Position numbers and translations under genes: made by a program. DNA of 64,000 nt from Paragordius varius (taxonomy: Eukaryota > Animalia > Nematomorpha), in the NCBI GenBank assembly GCA_964247055.1, contig OZ176059.1:1674001-1738000 (forward strand), written 5' to 3'. The notes below the pieces were generated by a model. The model was not told the origin of the DNA, searched no databases, and worked only from the letters and a program-made list of their open reading frames with translations. Shown piece by piece: positions 25,558 through 39,733 of the stretch. Position 1 is the stretch's first letter. Each line of letters starts with the position of its first letter.

Positions 25558-28500
25558 CAATATTTTTATCATTAAAATGTCAAAAATTATTATTTCTCTA
25601 CTTTGAATTATCATCGTCATCTCCCACGGGTGTAAATGTGGGAGCAACAGACCCGTTATAACTGCTAGGGTTTGGCTTAAAATGATAATAATTTTTGTGT
25701 TGCGAAGACATTTCGGTTCGATCATCACTCTTTTTATCCGTAAATAATAAACGGTTTAGTATGTTTGATTGCGTTTCAAACTTTAAATTTTTCCCATTAA
25801 ATTTTTCAGCACAATTTTCATTGGTCCTACTACCATTTTTACATACATTATTTGGAGGGAATGGTGCGGTTGATTCAATTGTACTACTTGTGGAAGTAAC
25901 ATCCGCAAAATTATTGAAATATGAGTGGTGAGATAGAGTATAATAACTTTGTATAGGTGATATATCATTTGTTTTTGGGGGCTGGTGTTTAAATGGCTTA
26001 TTTCTAGATCGTTTTTGGTTTTTGTTGTAAGATTTGTGAACAGTTGAATCTAAATAAAATGTAGTTTAAAAAAATTTTATTTAAATGTCAATACCGAATA
26101 TTCTTAATCATGTTTAAATCAATTATTATTTCTTCTTATACTATTATTGTAATTATCTATCGATAAACCCAAAAATAGCGACCGATTTTCCAAAAACTCC
26201 GGCGAAAAAAAACACTTTGGTTTAACAAACCTTTTGGTTCATTCAATAGTTACAAGTGAACATTCCATCATAATGTAACTTTTCCTTTGGAATGGTTAAC
26301 AAAATATGAAAAAACAATGTTTACATATAAAGTCAAATTAGTATGTAGGTACATGGTGACTAAATAACATATTAATACCCAATTTCATCACGAAAAGAAA
26401 AATATGTTTGAAATTCTTGACAAAGCATTGCGAAAAAGGGGTAATATATATCCCATTAAAATACCCTACTTACACATTTTTAAAAAATAAGCACTTAAAC
26501 TGGGACAGACAGCAGACATTAGAGACGTTTAAAGAAAACCCACAAAAATTAATAATAAAGGCAAACGCTAAGGCTGACGCCAAAATAAACTATAATAATA
26601 TAAAAGAAATCGACATTTTCAAGATAATTCGCTTTTGAGCAGTGGTCCCAACACAAATATTTTCGCGGCTGATTTGATATATACCATTTACAGTTCAAAT
26701 TCACCCTCGAACATTCGAATTCCCCCTCGAATGATTCGAATTCACCCTAAAATAAATTATGTGTTTTCGAACTAAAATAACTCATCATTTATATGAAATA
26801 TGTCTTTAAGGCATAGTTAATTATTTTTTCAGTATTATATAATTAAAAACAAATTTTTTATTTTTCAAAAAATATATAAAAATATAGATTTTTTAATCTT
26901 AAAAAACATATATTTTATATGAGGGTGAATTTAAATTGTTTAAAGCTGAATTTGAATTATAAATGGTATATTTAGTGTTTTCTTCCCTTTATTTCAATTT
27001 AGGTTAATTCTATCTGGATAATCATAAAATTATGCTTATAATCCAATTTTTTATTTTTTTAACATTTTTTAAAACACTTTTACGTAGCAAAAAAACGTGT
27101 TGGATATCCCTGCTTCTTGGGTCACACTGACGCCAAAACCTAGCATCAAAACTGCCATGTGACTTGTCGAGACATTGAAATTTTAAGCAAATATCAATAT
27201 ATTTGAAACATCTGCTGCAGAGTATCAGCCTGGCAAATAGAAACTATTGAATTACTAAGCGCCTAGTATTTTGTTATCTACCAGAGGTAGGTAAAATTGT
27301 AATATGGAAGGACGAAACATATTAATTATACTTTGGTGGTTTGAGAAAGTCTCGCTATTCGGCTAAATTTAAAACCCAACTACACATTAGTCACCTGTTC
27401 CGTATTTTAGAGAAAATCCATGTGAATTAAGTAAGAAAGACTTTAATCACAGCATGAAAGTTTAAAGCAATTGTGTGAAGCTTGCAAATGCTCAGTAAGC
27501 CAATGATCTGAGTGTCAACAAATTGGCTAACAGTGCATCCCAGGAACAAGTTTATCCACGTTGGATTTGGCAAAGATAATTTAAAACAAATTTTGGTTAT
27601 ATAATAATATGATGTAATATCAGCACAATTAATAATAAATTTATTAATGAATTTTGTTAGATTCCTCTAACTTCTTCGGATCAACATAAAAATAAGATTA
27701 AAATAAAGATACAGAAAATCCATTAATAAATTTATTATTAATTGTGCTAATATTACAGCATATTATTGTAAAACATACCAATTCAGCCTAATCCATAAAT
27801 TTTGGTTAGTCGTCATCAATGCGTAGCTTAAACTATTAATTTTAATAAGACGATTAATGTGTTGCACATATCTATTGTATATGATTAGTTTGGATTTTCT
27901 AGTGCCGGACAATAACTGACATCACGCGTCTCATCTTTAAAGATATATATACCGCCTCATCTGCAACTAAATGGTGTTTTTAATCAAAGCGTGATACCGA
28001 TAAAATACCAAGGGGTTTAGCAAATCTCAATTTGTATATCGTTACACCTCCCGTATAAAATTAGGCATGAAAGAAAAGTTTCAAGAGAAAGATTCTTTAC
28101 TGGGGACACAAGACAGTATTTGTAATTTGTGAAATTTTTGACAAAAATACACCTTGAAAATAAATTTTAGGTAAAAGAAAGAATTAAACAGTCCTATTGG
28201 AAATCGTGAAAAGTAATGCGTAGGAGGAGTGTTAAGATTAGACGTTTCGTTTTCAACAGCACAAGACTAAACAAAAATTACGCCCGTTGACATTAATGAG
28301 GAAGTGCTGCGGTGTAGAGAAAGGTATTTCCTAGATAGTTTTGATAATCTCGATTTTACTTTCTTAGAATTGTTTATATTATGCTGATAATTAGTATATA
28401 TCGTCTAATCCATACATATTATACCATTTACAGCACAAATTCACCCTTGAACAATTCAAATTCACTCTCGAACAATTCAAAATCACCTTCAAATAAATAA

Positions 28501-29368
28501 GATTAAAAATTACATATATTCTTATATATTTTTAAAAAATAAAAAATTTGTTTAAAATTAAAAAATAATGAAAAAATAATAAACTATGCCATAAAGATAT
28601 ATTTCATTTTAATAATAAATTATATTCGAAAACACATAATTTATTTTTAGGGTGAAATTGAACTGTAAGTATCAGCTCAAATCACCCTTAAAAAGCACAC
28701 TAATAAAAAAACATGTTTATGGAAAATCATGTATTACTTATAATTTTTAAAAATTAACTTTTGTTTAAAGTTAACATAATGCAAAAAAATAATAAATGCC
28801 AAAAGTATCAATAATGAGTTAGATTATAAAAGATTTATATACTATTTACAATTCAAAATTACCCTTGAACAATTCAAATTCACCCTTAAACAATTTAAAT
28901 TCACCCTAAAAATAGATTGTGTTTTCGGGCTAATATAAATCATCAATAATATGAATATGTAAATTCTTAAGGCATAGTTTATTATTTTTTCAGTATTATT
29001 TTAACTTTAAACGAAATTTCATTTCATAAAAATATAAAAAAATATAGATAATTTTTAATTTTAAAGAACAAATAATTTATTTAAAAATGAATTTTCAATT
29101 GTTTAAGGGTTGTTCAAGGGTGAAGTTGAGGTGTAAATGGTATATCACCCATAATACTAAACATTATAATAAATTGATGTATTAACTTGTTTTGGAAGGA
29201 ATTTCATCTTGATCAAAGTTAGATGAGTCGTTCCGCAATAAATCTGGATCCTAATGTATAATATAAATTTATATATATCCTATTAAGTAAATATAAACTA
29301 AACATTTCTACATGAAATATGCAAAAAATGATGTAAAACTTTAAAATAACCAACGCAAATTATATAAT

Positions 29369-29399
<31 letters not shown>

Positions 29400-32300
29400 A
29401 TTATTTTACCATAGAATCAGGTGAATTGAGACCATAGGTTGCTGTTTTCACTGTTCTTATATCCAAAAGGTTATTAGTTGATGAATGTTGCTTAAAATGA
29501 TTATTTGATAATTTTACATCGTTAACAAGTCCATGATTAATTTTCGTATTCGTAAGGTGATGCATTATACGGAATTGTGAATCCAAGTATTTACGTAATA
29601 AATCCGTTTGTTTGCATTGTATGTGCCGTAAAATTGTTAATAATCTGATAAAAAAAAGAGCTAAAGAAATTTGAAAATTTAAAATCCTAAATTCAATAAA
29701 TAGTATGTATATCTGGTTATAATTGTTTAAAAGTCAAATAAAAATCTATAGTTTCGAATGAAATAACAAAATTTTAAAAAAATATGCCATTTTCATCTCA
29801 AATTAGTCATTTAACACTTCAAATAAGATTTTAAACATTTGCATTACCCTAATTTATATAATGTATTTATTTCGTAATCAAATATCATTTTATATTAAAT
29901 ATTTTCAAATCAACAACATTTTCCATCCAAAAAATTTTTTTTGTTTAAAATATTTTTTCGTATTTTAATGGACGAACTTGATATGTTTAAAAACCAATTT
30001 AAAGTGTTAAATGACCAATTTGAGGTGAAATTGGTATATTTCTAAAATTTTTTTATTTCATCCGAAACCATAGATTATAAAATTTAGCCCCGATTATAGA
30101 TGCCATCAAAAAATTAAAAAAATATTTAATATTTTTTTAAAATATCTCAACAACCATAAAATACTCATCCAGTTAATAAAATATAGTTTCTTAAGGAGTC
30201 ATTTATGATTGTAATTGGAATACATAGGATAACATGTCATTCAATAATTGTGTTATTAATATATCTCCTAATATTAGAAGGTTATTTTTATATCTTGTTT
30301 TCAAAAATAAAACCGTCTTTATTTTTATTGACTGATGTTTTAATTGACTAGAAGTTCGATTGACAGGGAAATATATATAGCATCATTCATAAAAATGTGT
30401 ATCCCCTATATTCAAAACCATGACGTAAAAAGCTTTTTCATAACAATTGCTAAATTATATTTTAAGATTCTTAGCCGACAATAAATAATGATTTAAGTCT
30501 TGCAAACATTGATGATAACGCCTGGCAATATTACAGGCAGCTTCTATATGAATACAATGGCTATCCATTACACAAAGACGATACATATATATATAAATGC
30601 GCAATAAATTGTACAAATATTATGATTATTTCTTCATTTAGAGGTGTAAAATTTGGTAAATACTTATTTCCATTTATGGCGCAAGTTATTTTTTCTATTT
30701 TATCCAAATTTTATTGAAAATAAACGTTAAACTCTGAATTTTAAGAAAATAATTTGTTATTTTGGTTATTTATTTGACTTACACGGCGTTTAACCCCATT
30801 TTGGATTCAACTGAGTCCTTAAGATTTTAATATATTTAAACAGATGTTGGAAATATATTATATCTATTATTGTTCAAGCGTTATAATATTAAAGTAAATT
30901 GTTTTAACTATAAATTATTTTTGATAATATTTGAGGCACAAAAAAAAATAAACGTTCGGATAAATATATTTTTATAAATTAAAATATTAATTTTGCTTAT
31001 CTCTATTTATATATATAATATATATAATCGTAGATAATTTTTTGATTAAACTTTAAAAAGCCAAAATTTATTTTTATGAATATTATGAGAAATAACATAA
31101 CATATCAAAACTATTAAAAAATAAAGCGTAATAAAACCAGAATTTAATAATTATACTATAGGTAATAAATAATTATGCTTACTTATTGAACAGGTTTTGA
31201 ATCGTCTGCAGCAAATAAAGTAAATCGTCTGATTGAATAAACACGCATACCGCATTTTGCAATGCGTTGGTTGTGGAAACATTGGTTATTTGATGAGTTA
31301 TATTTTTATTGTCCAATTTTATGCCATTCGATTCCCATTGTAAATCTGTTTGACATGATTTATGAAGAAGATTATTTATAAGCTGAGTGCCCAAATGACC
31401 CGATTTTAAGGTATTGTTATGTATTATATCATTGCAATATTGATTCTTGTTAACAGATGAATTCGAATACTGTGTGACGGATTGAAGAGTAGTGTCTGCG
31501 TTCGTTTGAGTGGATTTATGATGCACCTTGCTGGTATTATTGTTGTTCAAAGTTTTAATTTTAAAATCAATGTAGCTATTTTCATGAATTATATTTAAAT
31601 TATTGTCGGATATGTTTGAATTCAATCGTAAAGAATCTAATTGAGCGGTATTATTTAAAGGGGGTTTGGATAACATAGCTTGTACTTTGGTCTATACGTA
31701 ATTCGGTAAAAGATAATATTTATTTTTTGCAAAAATCGTTAGTATTGTTTATTCAAAGTTCAAAAGCAAAGAATATTAAAAAGATTTTGGATGATTCTGT
31801 CTAGTGATATAATGGGAACACTTGAGAAAAATCTAGATCATATTAAAGTCAATTGTACTTTTAATAAAACTGCATATTATCCAAAAGTATTACCTTTATA
31901 TTAAAAGCCAAAAACTATAATAGCTTTAAAAATTTAACTAAATATAATTGACCAATATGTTTTGAAAAAAAAATAGAGATTATATTTGACAATTAAAGGT
32001 ACGAATTTATATATTATGATATTTTGCAGATCTAAACATTTATGGAGAAAAATTAATAATTGGCAATTTAAAATGGTAATTTTTAATCCTTTATTTATTT
32101 ATTTATAATTACAAGATAAAATTCTTACTTTATAAGCATTATGAGCTAATTTGCACGATTCTAATTCCAAATGTAAATCCTTTATTTTAGATTCACACAG
32201 CAAATTTTGAGCATTGTGGTCTTTTTTTAATTGGTCTATCTGATTATTTATTTCGGTGAACTAATAAATAAAATAGTTAAAATTAAAGTACAGGATTGTT

Positions 32301-32958
32301 TGCTTGAATAAAAGTAGCACATACCTGTAAAGATTTCGTTATTTTTTCCTTTTCTAAATTATCAATTAACTTTGCCATTTCCTTGTTTTCTTTTACACAA
32401 TTTCGATGTTTTGCGTTAACGTTCTCTAGTATGTTGTCCTTTTCAACAATCGTTTGTGTTAATATATTAATTTGGTGTTTGTGATCGTCAATTTCTTTAT
32501 CCTTTGCAACATTAGTTTCATTGCATGCTTTAATTATTTTTTCATAATTTTCAATTTCCAAATCTTTAATTCGAAGCATCTCTAAGTTATCTTCGTTCTG
32601 ACCCATTTGAGAATTTAACCTTAACACCTGACTATTTAATCGGCCATTTTCAAGCTCTAAAATCTTTACCCTTTCTTTGATTGCGTTATATTCCTCGGGA
32701 TTTTTATCTTTCACACCATTGATATTAGTATAAGCGTAATCTTCAATATCGGTTTGTACTTCAGCAGTATTACATTCTGACTTTGATGCCTATGCATAAA
32801 AATTTTATATGAAACCTTTTGTTTATATGAGTTTAAATCCCGCTTCAGTGATATAGCTAAATTTTTTAACTTTTGGATTTCAATATTTTTGAGATCCAAC
32901 TCACTTTGCATGTGGGACCAGTTGTTTATTTGAAATGCCCAAAATCCGTGAGGTGTTT
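22707..32958 (-). CDS. GCC2: GRIP-domain coiled-coil golgin, GCC2/GCC185-like (5' end uncertain)
   Basis: Exons 32958-32816, 32789-32325, 31691-31183, 29644-29410, 29250-29187, 26049-25602, 24614-24363, 23349-23196 and 22829-22707: all GT-AG with consistent phases, ~795 aa. Contains LLEQNTFLKREIRRLD (cf. GCC185 LMEQIKLLKSEIRRLE) and a C-terminal LEYLIYTLAKFFDPNTNSQLRASLVSVITGVCQL (cf. GRIP LEYLKNVLLQF...ERLLPVINTMLQL). The gene symbol is tentative. Confidence 0.6.
24649..24883. mobile_element. MITE family C (intronic)
   Basis: ta|CAGTCATGCATAC ... GGATACATGACTG|ta; lies 35 nt from the acceptor at 24615. Confidence 0.85.
26682..26968. mobile_element. MITE family A, apparently nested in a hAT MITE (~26640-27112)
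   Basis: ta|TACCATTTACAGTTCAAATTCACCC ... GAATTATAAATGGTA|ta. Confidence 0.8.
27602..27768. repeat. Imperfect inverted repeat (small MITE-like)
   Basis: TAATATGATGTAATATCAGCACAATTAATAATAAATTTATTAATG versus CATTAATAAATTTATTATTAATTGTGCTAATATTACAGCATATTA. Confidence 0.7.
28422..28671. mobile_element. MITE family A, partly deleted right end
   Basis: TACCATTTACAGCACAAATTCACCCTTGAAC ... AGGGTGAAATTGAACTGTAAGTA. Confidence 0.7.
28840..29142. mobile_element. MITE family A
   Basis: TACTATTTACAATTCAAAATTACCCTTGAAC ... GTGTAAATGGTA|ta. Confidence 0.75.
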
Positions 32959-33129
32959 CTTAAAATGAATAAAAATAATTTATGGATATTGTAGATTAAT
33001 CTTTTTTAACATACATTTATCTTTTGGGTAGTTTTATATTACAGAGCGGTTGAACTTAAATATCTTTAAAAATATTTAAGGCATAAAGCCAAATTCAAAA
33101 CATGCTTTTTAGCTATGTCCATTATCAAA

Positions 33130-33370
33130 AATATGAAAAATGTAAAATTGTAAAATCCTCATCTCAAACTTTTTTCCCGCCATTTTTTTCTATATATTCT
33201 AATACAATAGGGACATCAACGTACATTATGGTTTGAATATGTAAATAATTAATCTCAGGCTAACAGCATTGATGTATATTGTTGTTAAAAGAGCTTTTCG
33301 TTTCGTTCAATCCTGTTTTGGGGCTGTCCCAATTTTAAACTCTAGAAGTTTGCAAAAATAAAAATCACAT
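33130..33370 (+). repeat. Dispersed repeat, second copy at ~60930-61150
   Basis: Shared AAAAATGTAAA.TTGTAAAA...CCTCATCTCAAACTTTTT...TATTATGGTTT...TTTTGG.G.TGTCCCAATTT; family not identified. Confidence 0.6.
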
Positions 33371-36300
33371 CTTTTTCTTCAATACATGATAACAATGTTT
33401 GATAAATAATCAAGTATTTCGCGAAATTAAGCATGGGGTATAAAAATATACCAATATGTAAACTATGATAAACAATAAAAAAGGTAAATTTTTAATATAA
33501 ATACTTTCAATACCATTTTTTTATTTATCAAAAATTGATTCTAATCTTTTTAAAAAGGTGGTATAAAAATTTATATTAAAAATAAAGTAAATTTTATTGA
33601 TAATACTAATCTGTTCTCTAAAATATATAGAAATATTAAAAAATATGTAATGGAGATTTATTTAAACCCTAAAGTAAAGCTTTTTATCATTAAAAATAAG
33701 CTAATGTGACTGGGTCATTTATTTATTAACCACTTAGGTTTCCCCTAATTTAAATGGCTGAAACACGTGTCCGAATCTGCGATACATATTTTTCAGAAAA
33801 CAAACCTGATCATAGATAATAGGTTTTTATAATTGATTTGCGGATAGTTAAAAGATAACGACGGAACCAGTTTTGTATTAGCCCCTAAGTTTAGTGCCTG
33901 CCATGGGAAAAGTTTTAGATCAATATGGCTTTGTAGCAAATTTTCTAGAAAGCGGTGGGTACATTTAAATTTAAAGGAATTTCTTTTATATGCCCAGGCT
34001 ATTTTTAAATGTCCTTAGTCCCATCCTCCGAATAACAAAAGAGATTCGTAGACTTTTCCGGTAAAGGGCAGGACCATTTAAATTAAATAGAAATTTTTTA
34101 TTTATTTATAGATGTACCAAGGGTGATTCAGCTATTATTTAAAAAAGAGCCTTAGTACCCTCTGACTCCCCTAAAAATATTTTAAACAAATATTGGTTTT
34201 AAAATAATTTATAGAGAAGGTGTGGGCTTATGCCAATTTTAGTTTTTTATTCAAATTAACTAAGCTGACAGCACAGTTTTTTGCATTTATTTCTTCAATT
34301 CAGACCCATCCTTGGGAAAGTGTGGTTTATTAATACTGTATTTAAAGCCATATTCTAGAGACGGTGTAGGGATCATTTAATGATGAATTTTCTATTTTTT
34401 AGAAATGTGCAAAGGGTAACTGGGTCGTTTTTTGAATTTGTCTCTCAATTAAGCGCCGCTTGTGTGGACATGGGGTTTTAATAATAGGCTGCTATTTTAA
34501 GGAAAAAGTTGCGGCTCATTGTATATTTTAATTTACACAGGATTCTCATAGAGCCTTTAGTTTTGGGTCTCACTAGTAAATTGAAAGAATTATTTCCATG
34601 ATGATATTTATTTTTTATATAAAACTTAAACATAAGCGAAGACTACACAAGTTATATAAAAAATATTTTGATATAATATATTTATTTTGATAGAAGTCTT
34701 ATGACAACTGATCCATAGCCGTTGCAAAATTAGCTAATATTATTTTGAAATTTTTGGTGGAAGCAAAACACTTTATTCCAAAAAATAATAACCAAAAAAT
34801 ATGTTAAAGGCACCAAAAGTCTCAAATTTTTGGCTCACTATAAAAAGCTAGTTTTCTCACATGAGAACCGAGATTGCGCGATACAATTTTTAATTTTTGT
34901 TAAATTATGACAGCAGTTACTAATTTATGAAAACAATACATATTTTGCTAAAAATTTAGTGGCAAATTTGTAGCACATTCGATGGTATCTTGAGGCTAAT
35001 GGAAACTTTATAAACACTTAAAGATAATAAAAAGCATCTTATCTATACAATTTGAAGATTATTAGCACCTCAGATTTTTGATTTTCATTACCTTTTCACT
35101 TTTTTGTTCTAGTTTACCTTTGGGTATTTATACCTCAGAGCTCAATTTTATAAATAAACTTTTGAAACTTTTTTAAGTTGAAATTAATTTCAAATAATAT
35201 TCTCTGTTTTAGATAAAAAAGCTTATATTTTTAACACTGACTTCTTGAGTCAATTGGTACAGCTCCAAAACACGATTAATACTAACAGGTTATATTCAAA
35301 TCGGAATATATTAAATTTTGCTGGCTTAAAATTAGTTATTTATATTTTCTAACCAATGTATCCATTTATTACCTGTTGCATTAGCGATTTGAAAAAATTA
35401 TAGGGAAGAAAAATGACGGAGAAAAGTTTAAAATAAGGTGTAATTTACAATTGTACATTTTTTTAGAAAAATTTGTATAATGCTCCTTAAGATAAAGGCA
35501 TAATTTTAAATTCGACTTAATACCTATATTTTTAAAGATATATAAATTTTTATCGCTCTTGGTTATAATACCACCCCAAAAGGTTATGGAGTGTTAAATT
35601 AAATCTCGAAAATTTTAAAAATTTAATTTATATTCACATGAATTCGAAAATCGATTTTTAATCGAAATCTTCGCCAGTATTTTAAAGATACTGATATAAA
35701 AATTTGTTTTGTAACGTTTTGACCATGCTTTAGAATACCAAAAAATACGCTTTAACAAAATTTTACTTAAATATAATTAAAATATGGTTTTTTAAAGTAA
35801 TTTATCAAAAAATTATAATAATGCCGGCATTATTGTCTGTGTTAAAAAACTATTATTTAGGAGTTTTTGACCTTATAAAAAATTAATAATATTGTTTTCC
35901 TTATTAAATATATTTTTTATTATCTATTGAGAAGCAATTTTGGTTTAAACACTTTAGTTTTCTAAAAATAAATTGATATAACGGGCGTTAATTTAGCGAA
36001 TATTTGATAATGAGCCAATACCACAAAGTCGAAAAACCCTCTTAAATAAATAACTCGTAACTAAAGCATCAGAAGAATTATATAATTTTTTATCAAATAA
36101 AAATTTTTGTTTTTAAGTTCTATCTTTCATTATCTAAAACAAATTTTTATATTTTGTAACCAAAAAAATTATCTCAACTTTCTCGTATATATATATATCA
36201 ATTCCGTTTCGGATGGTTTTAAAGTAGCGATTTATTGGTGTAAAGCTAACTTAGTCAAGAACCGATTTAAAGATTAAAAATTATTAATATTGTATAAATT

Positions 36301-39118
36301 GGTTGTTGATAATAGAATGTTTGTAAGTCGTTGCAATAAAATTTTCACAATGCGTTTATGAATATCCATCGTCTTTCTATATAAATGGTATACAAAGATT
36401 AATATTTTCAAATAAATATGATTTTTCCAAAATTATATTACACTACCCACTACCTTTTATTGCACTGAGCGACAAAAACGGGGATAAAACAATAATTGCA
36501 TATAAATCATATATCGTAACGATATCGAAATGATGAATGCGGGTTACCTAAAAATGTTATTTTTAATTTTTTGGCTATTAAGCCAAAATAATCATAGCAT
36601 TTTCATCGCAGATTGGGTTGAATAAAATACAATAGAGGAAAATGCGTTTCTGATGTTTGTATATATTGTAAATAAATAATAATTAATATAAATTTTTCGA
36701 GAAAGTAAGCTAAAATATGGTGGTACTCTGAGATCACATAACTATTTAATATATAAGGTGCGCAAAAATATTAATGTTTAAGCATTTTAGCTAAAAGGTT
36801 GATGATAATTATCGAAACGATAAGCATTTGAGATGCTAGAAAACAAGTATTATTTTAATTTTTCCTCAAAATTGGAAAATCTAGCGCGTCAAATTTTATT
36901 TATTAATGGGTATCATAAGAAAAAGGAGACTATTAGCGATAAAGATTGTAAATTTTTTCAATTCATTTAAAGATTTATAAGAATTAGAGCTAAAAATATA
37001 TATTTTGGTAACAAATTGGAATAAAAAAACTTGCTTTTATGCAGTAAAAGATTTTAATTATCATTTTAACTATAAATAATATACATTTTCTATGATTAAA
37101 TAAATTTACCCAATATAACGCGTTTAAAAAGTGATCTAAGCCCTATACAAAAAACTATCAATAATATGTAACAAAGCGGAAGTAGCGTATAAATTACAAC
37201 CTCATTAAAATTATAAACAATATTTACAATTCGATGAAAGGACATATATAATCTCAATTTTTCATTTGATGAATTTTCAGAAATTGTCAAATATTTTGGC
37301 GCCATTTAAATTTTGATCTCCCAGCTTTTGGGCATAACCTTAAATCAAAAAACTCGATCTTCGGATCAAATTTTGTAATAAAAATTTATAATATATATGT
37401 TAAGAATTGATTAAATAATATTAGAACTTCTCGCTTTGGTGCAAATCATCGAAAAATGTTAATATGAAGCATAGAGCTTTTTGTAAACGCAATATATCGG
37501 GTTAACATGTTCAATGTTACATAAATAGCTAAAATAAAGATTTTGTTCTTTTACAGCAAAATAGCGAGCCATTTATTATTTGACTAAATTTTAGTTCTTT
37601 TAAATCCTTAAATAATCTTTTAAAATAATCTTGGTATTTTTTGTATAAAATTTTATGACACTTTTAACAAATTTAGTTGACCTAATGTGAGAAAAAAATG
37701 AGATTTTTTATTTTGGTTAATAGCAGAATTTATTTTTTCAAGTGTGTTAATATTATCATCTCGATATTTTATAATATAAACATTTATTTAACCGTATTTT
37801 TGCCGCAAAATAATTGCCCAATATTTCGCGCTCAAAAAATAATTTCAATATAATGTAGAAAAAGTATTTAAAAATTTGCACTAAAGCAGAATAGGTTATA
37901 TTATCCCCATAATATTTGATGCACAACTCGATCTGATATAGGATTTTTATGTCCAAAATCAAGTTTGATTGCCTAGGGGGCCATTTTAGATTTTGATCTC
38001 GGCTGAGCACAAAAACTTCATAAATAAAAAAACCTATTTAAGTTATTCCGCATCAAATATTTCAAAATGTTTAATTCACATATATTGATGATTGAAATTA
38101 AACGCTATAAACTGGATTAATCATTATCCCGAAGGTCTTACATCAAGCGATATAGTTATTTTTTTGTACAGTGTATATTTTTATTGACATTTGGTACTGC
38201 ATTAGGGTTACTTAATGGTTAATGTTTTGCAAATTTTTCAATTCTATTGTTTTAGGACGATAGCCAATAGTATATATATGTCAAACTGGGAAAATTAAAG
38301 TTGAATTGACAAACAAAAAGGTTGTCTATAAATATAGAATGGACTTTGCAGAACATGCTTGGAACAGGGTGTCCAACACCCTTTGGCGCAAAAAGAAAGT
38401 AAAAAATTGGATTTAAATGAAAAATTTACGATGATTTAGAAGAGATTGAGCTTATAATAAATAAAAAATAACTAAAATTATCAAAGAGGTCCGGGAAGAC
38501 ATTTGTATTGAACACCCCGTGCCTTAAAATTGCATTAACAAAAAATAAAATCATAAAGGAATTCCTAAAATTATTTTAAAAACAATACCCTAAATAGAGA
38601 TGATGGATATATCATAACATGAAAATTTTATGACAATAATATACGCTTATTTTATTTATTTAATTTTATAAAATATGCGTAAATAGAAACCATATATTAA
38701 TAAATTTTTATTTTTGGAGATTTTAAACGCAGAGAGATTAATTCATTTTTAATAATTTGATGAGGATTCCCTGATGGAATCGAAACTAGCCATTAAGAGT
38801 TGAATATAAATCAGGTCAGCATCTGTCTCGATTCAAATCGGGGTAATTGACGACGCTAGACTTTTTCAATTTTAATAAAAAACAAGCATAAATAAGAGTA
38901 GGGACCGGCCTTAGTAGTTATTTAAAATAATTCAATACAAGATAATAGAGTCACTATGTCCCCCAATCTGAATCGAAGTATTAAGGATAAAATATAATAA
39001 ATTTATTTAACAACGAGAGCATTTAACATTTATTAATATCAGAATCAAAAAATTCAACAAGTTTGTTTTGATGTGTAAAATAATTTTGAAAGCTTCCTTG
39101 CTTGTGAAAAGAAAACAA

Positions 39119-39223
<105 letters not shown>

Positions 39224-39289
39224 TTAAATGACATTAATTTAGTACAAAACTTAAATTTCGATTTAAAAAATATAAGGAAACGTAATTAC

Positions 39290-39381
39290 CCCCAATAATG
39301 TCTCAAACCACGATGGCAATGAATCTTTTTCAATCTTTCCAAGTCCTCACGCAATTTATTATCCAAATTGTTGGACAAAAG
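39290..39381 (-). CDS. RPS18: 40S ribosomal protein S18, exon 4
   Basis: [30 protein letters not shown]; aaatag| acceptor and |gtaatt donor. Confidence 0.97.
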
Positions 39382-39393
39382 CTATTTGTAGTA

Positions 39394-39425
<32 letters not shown>

Positions 39426-39457
39426 TCGAATTAGGGTAATTTTTAAAATTGACATAC

Positions 39458-39559
39458 CTGAGTATCCTTTCCATCCTTAATATCCTTCTGACGATTGAGA
39501 AACCATACAGGGATTTTGTAATCCTTAGGGTTTTGCATTACATTCATAATCTTGTCGAC
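39458..39559 (-). CDS. RPS18: 40S ribosomal protein S18, exon 3
   Basis: [34 protein letters not shown]; attcag| acceptor and |gtatgt donor. Confidence 0.97.
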
Positions 39560-39733
39560 CTGAATAGAGGACGTACACAAACATCAGGAATATATATTTC
39601 ATAATAGTAAAAGCACAATATGTATGTATCGCAGAATTGATAACCAAATTTTGCTTGTGAGATAGATGAAGTATAATAATATGAGTGATGAAAAATGTTT
39701 AAATATATAGGGTATTAGTAGCTTGGTAAGTAT

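Noticed and set aside
25695-25968. ORF-track entries 25695-25931 (+) and 25783-25968 (-)
   Set aside because: Wrong frames; the long open frame is the exon 26049-25602.
27480-27590. STLDLAK, reminiscent of Gypsy reverse transcriptase
   Set aside because: Seven residues only, with no other RT motifs nearby.
30470-30640. Short plus-strand open frame (NAWQYYRQLLYEYNGYPLHKDD)
   Set aside because: Isolated, no partner exons and no recognisable family.
33700-34560. GC-richer block with faint internal similarity
   Set aside because: No ORF, termini or clear period; also no convincing upstream golgin exon.
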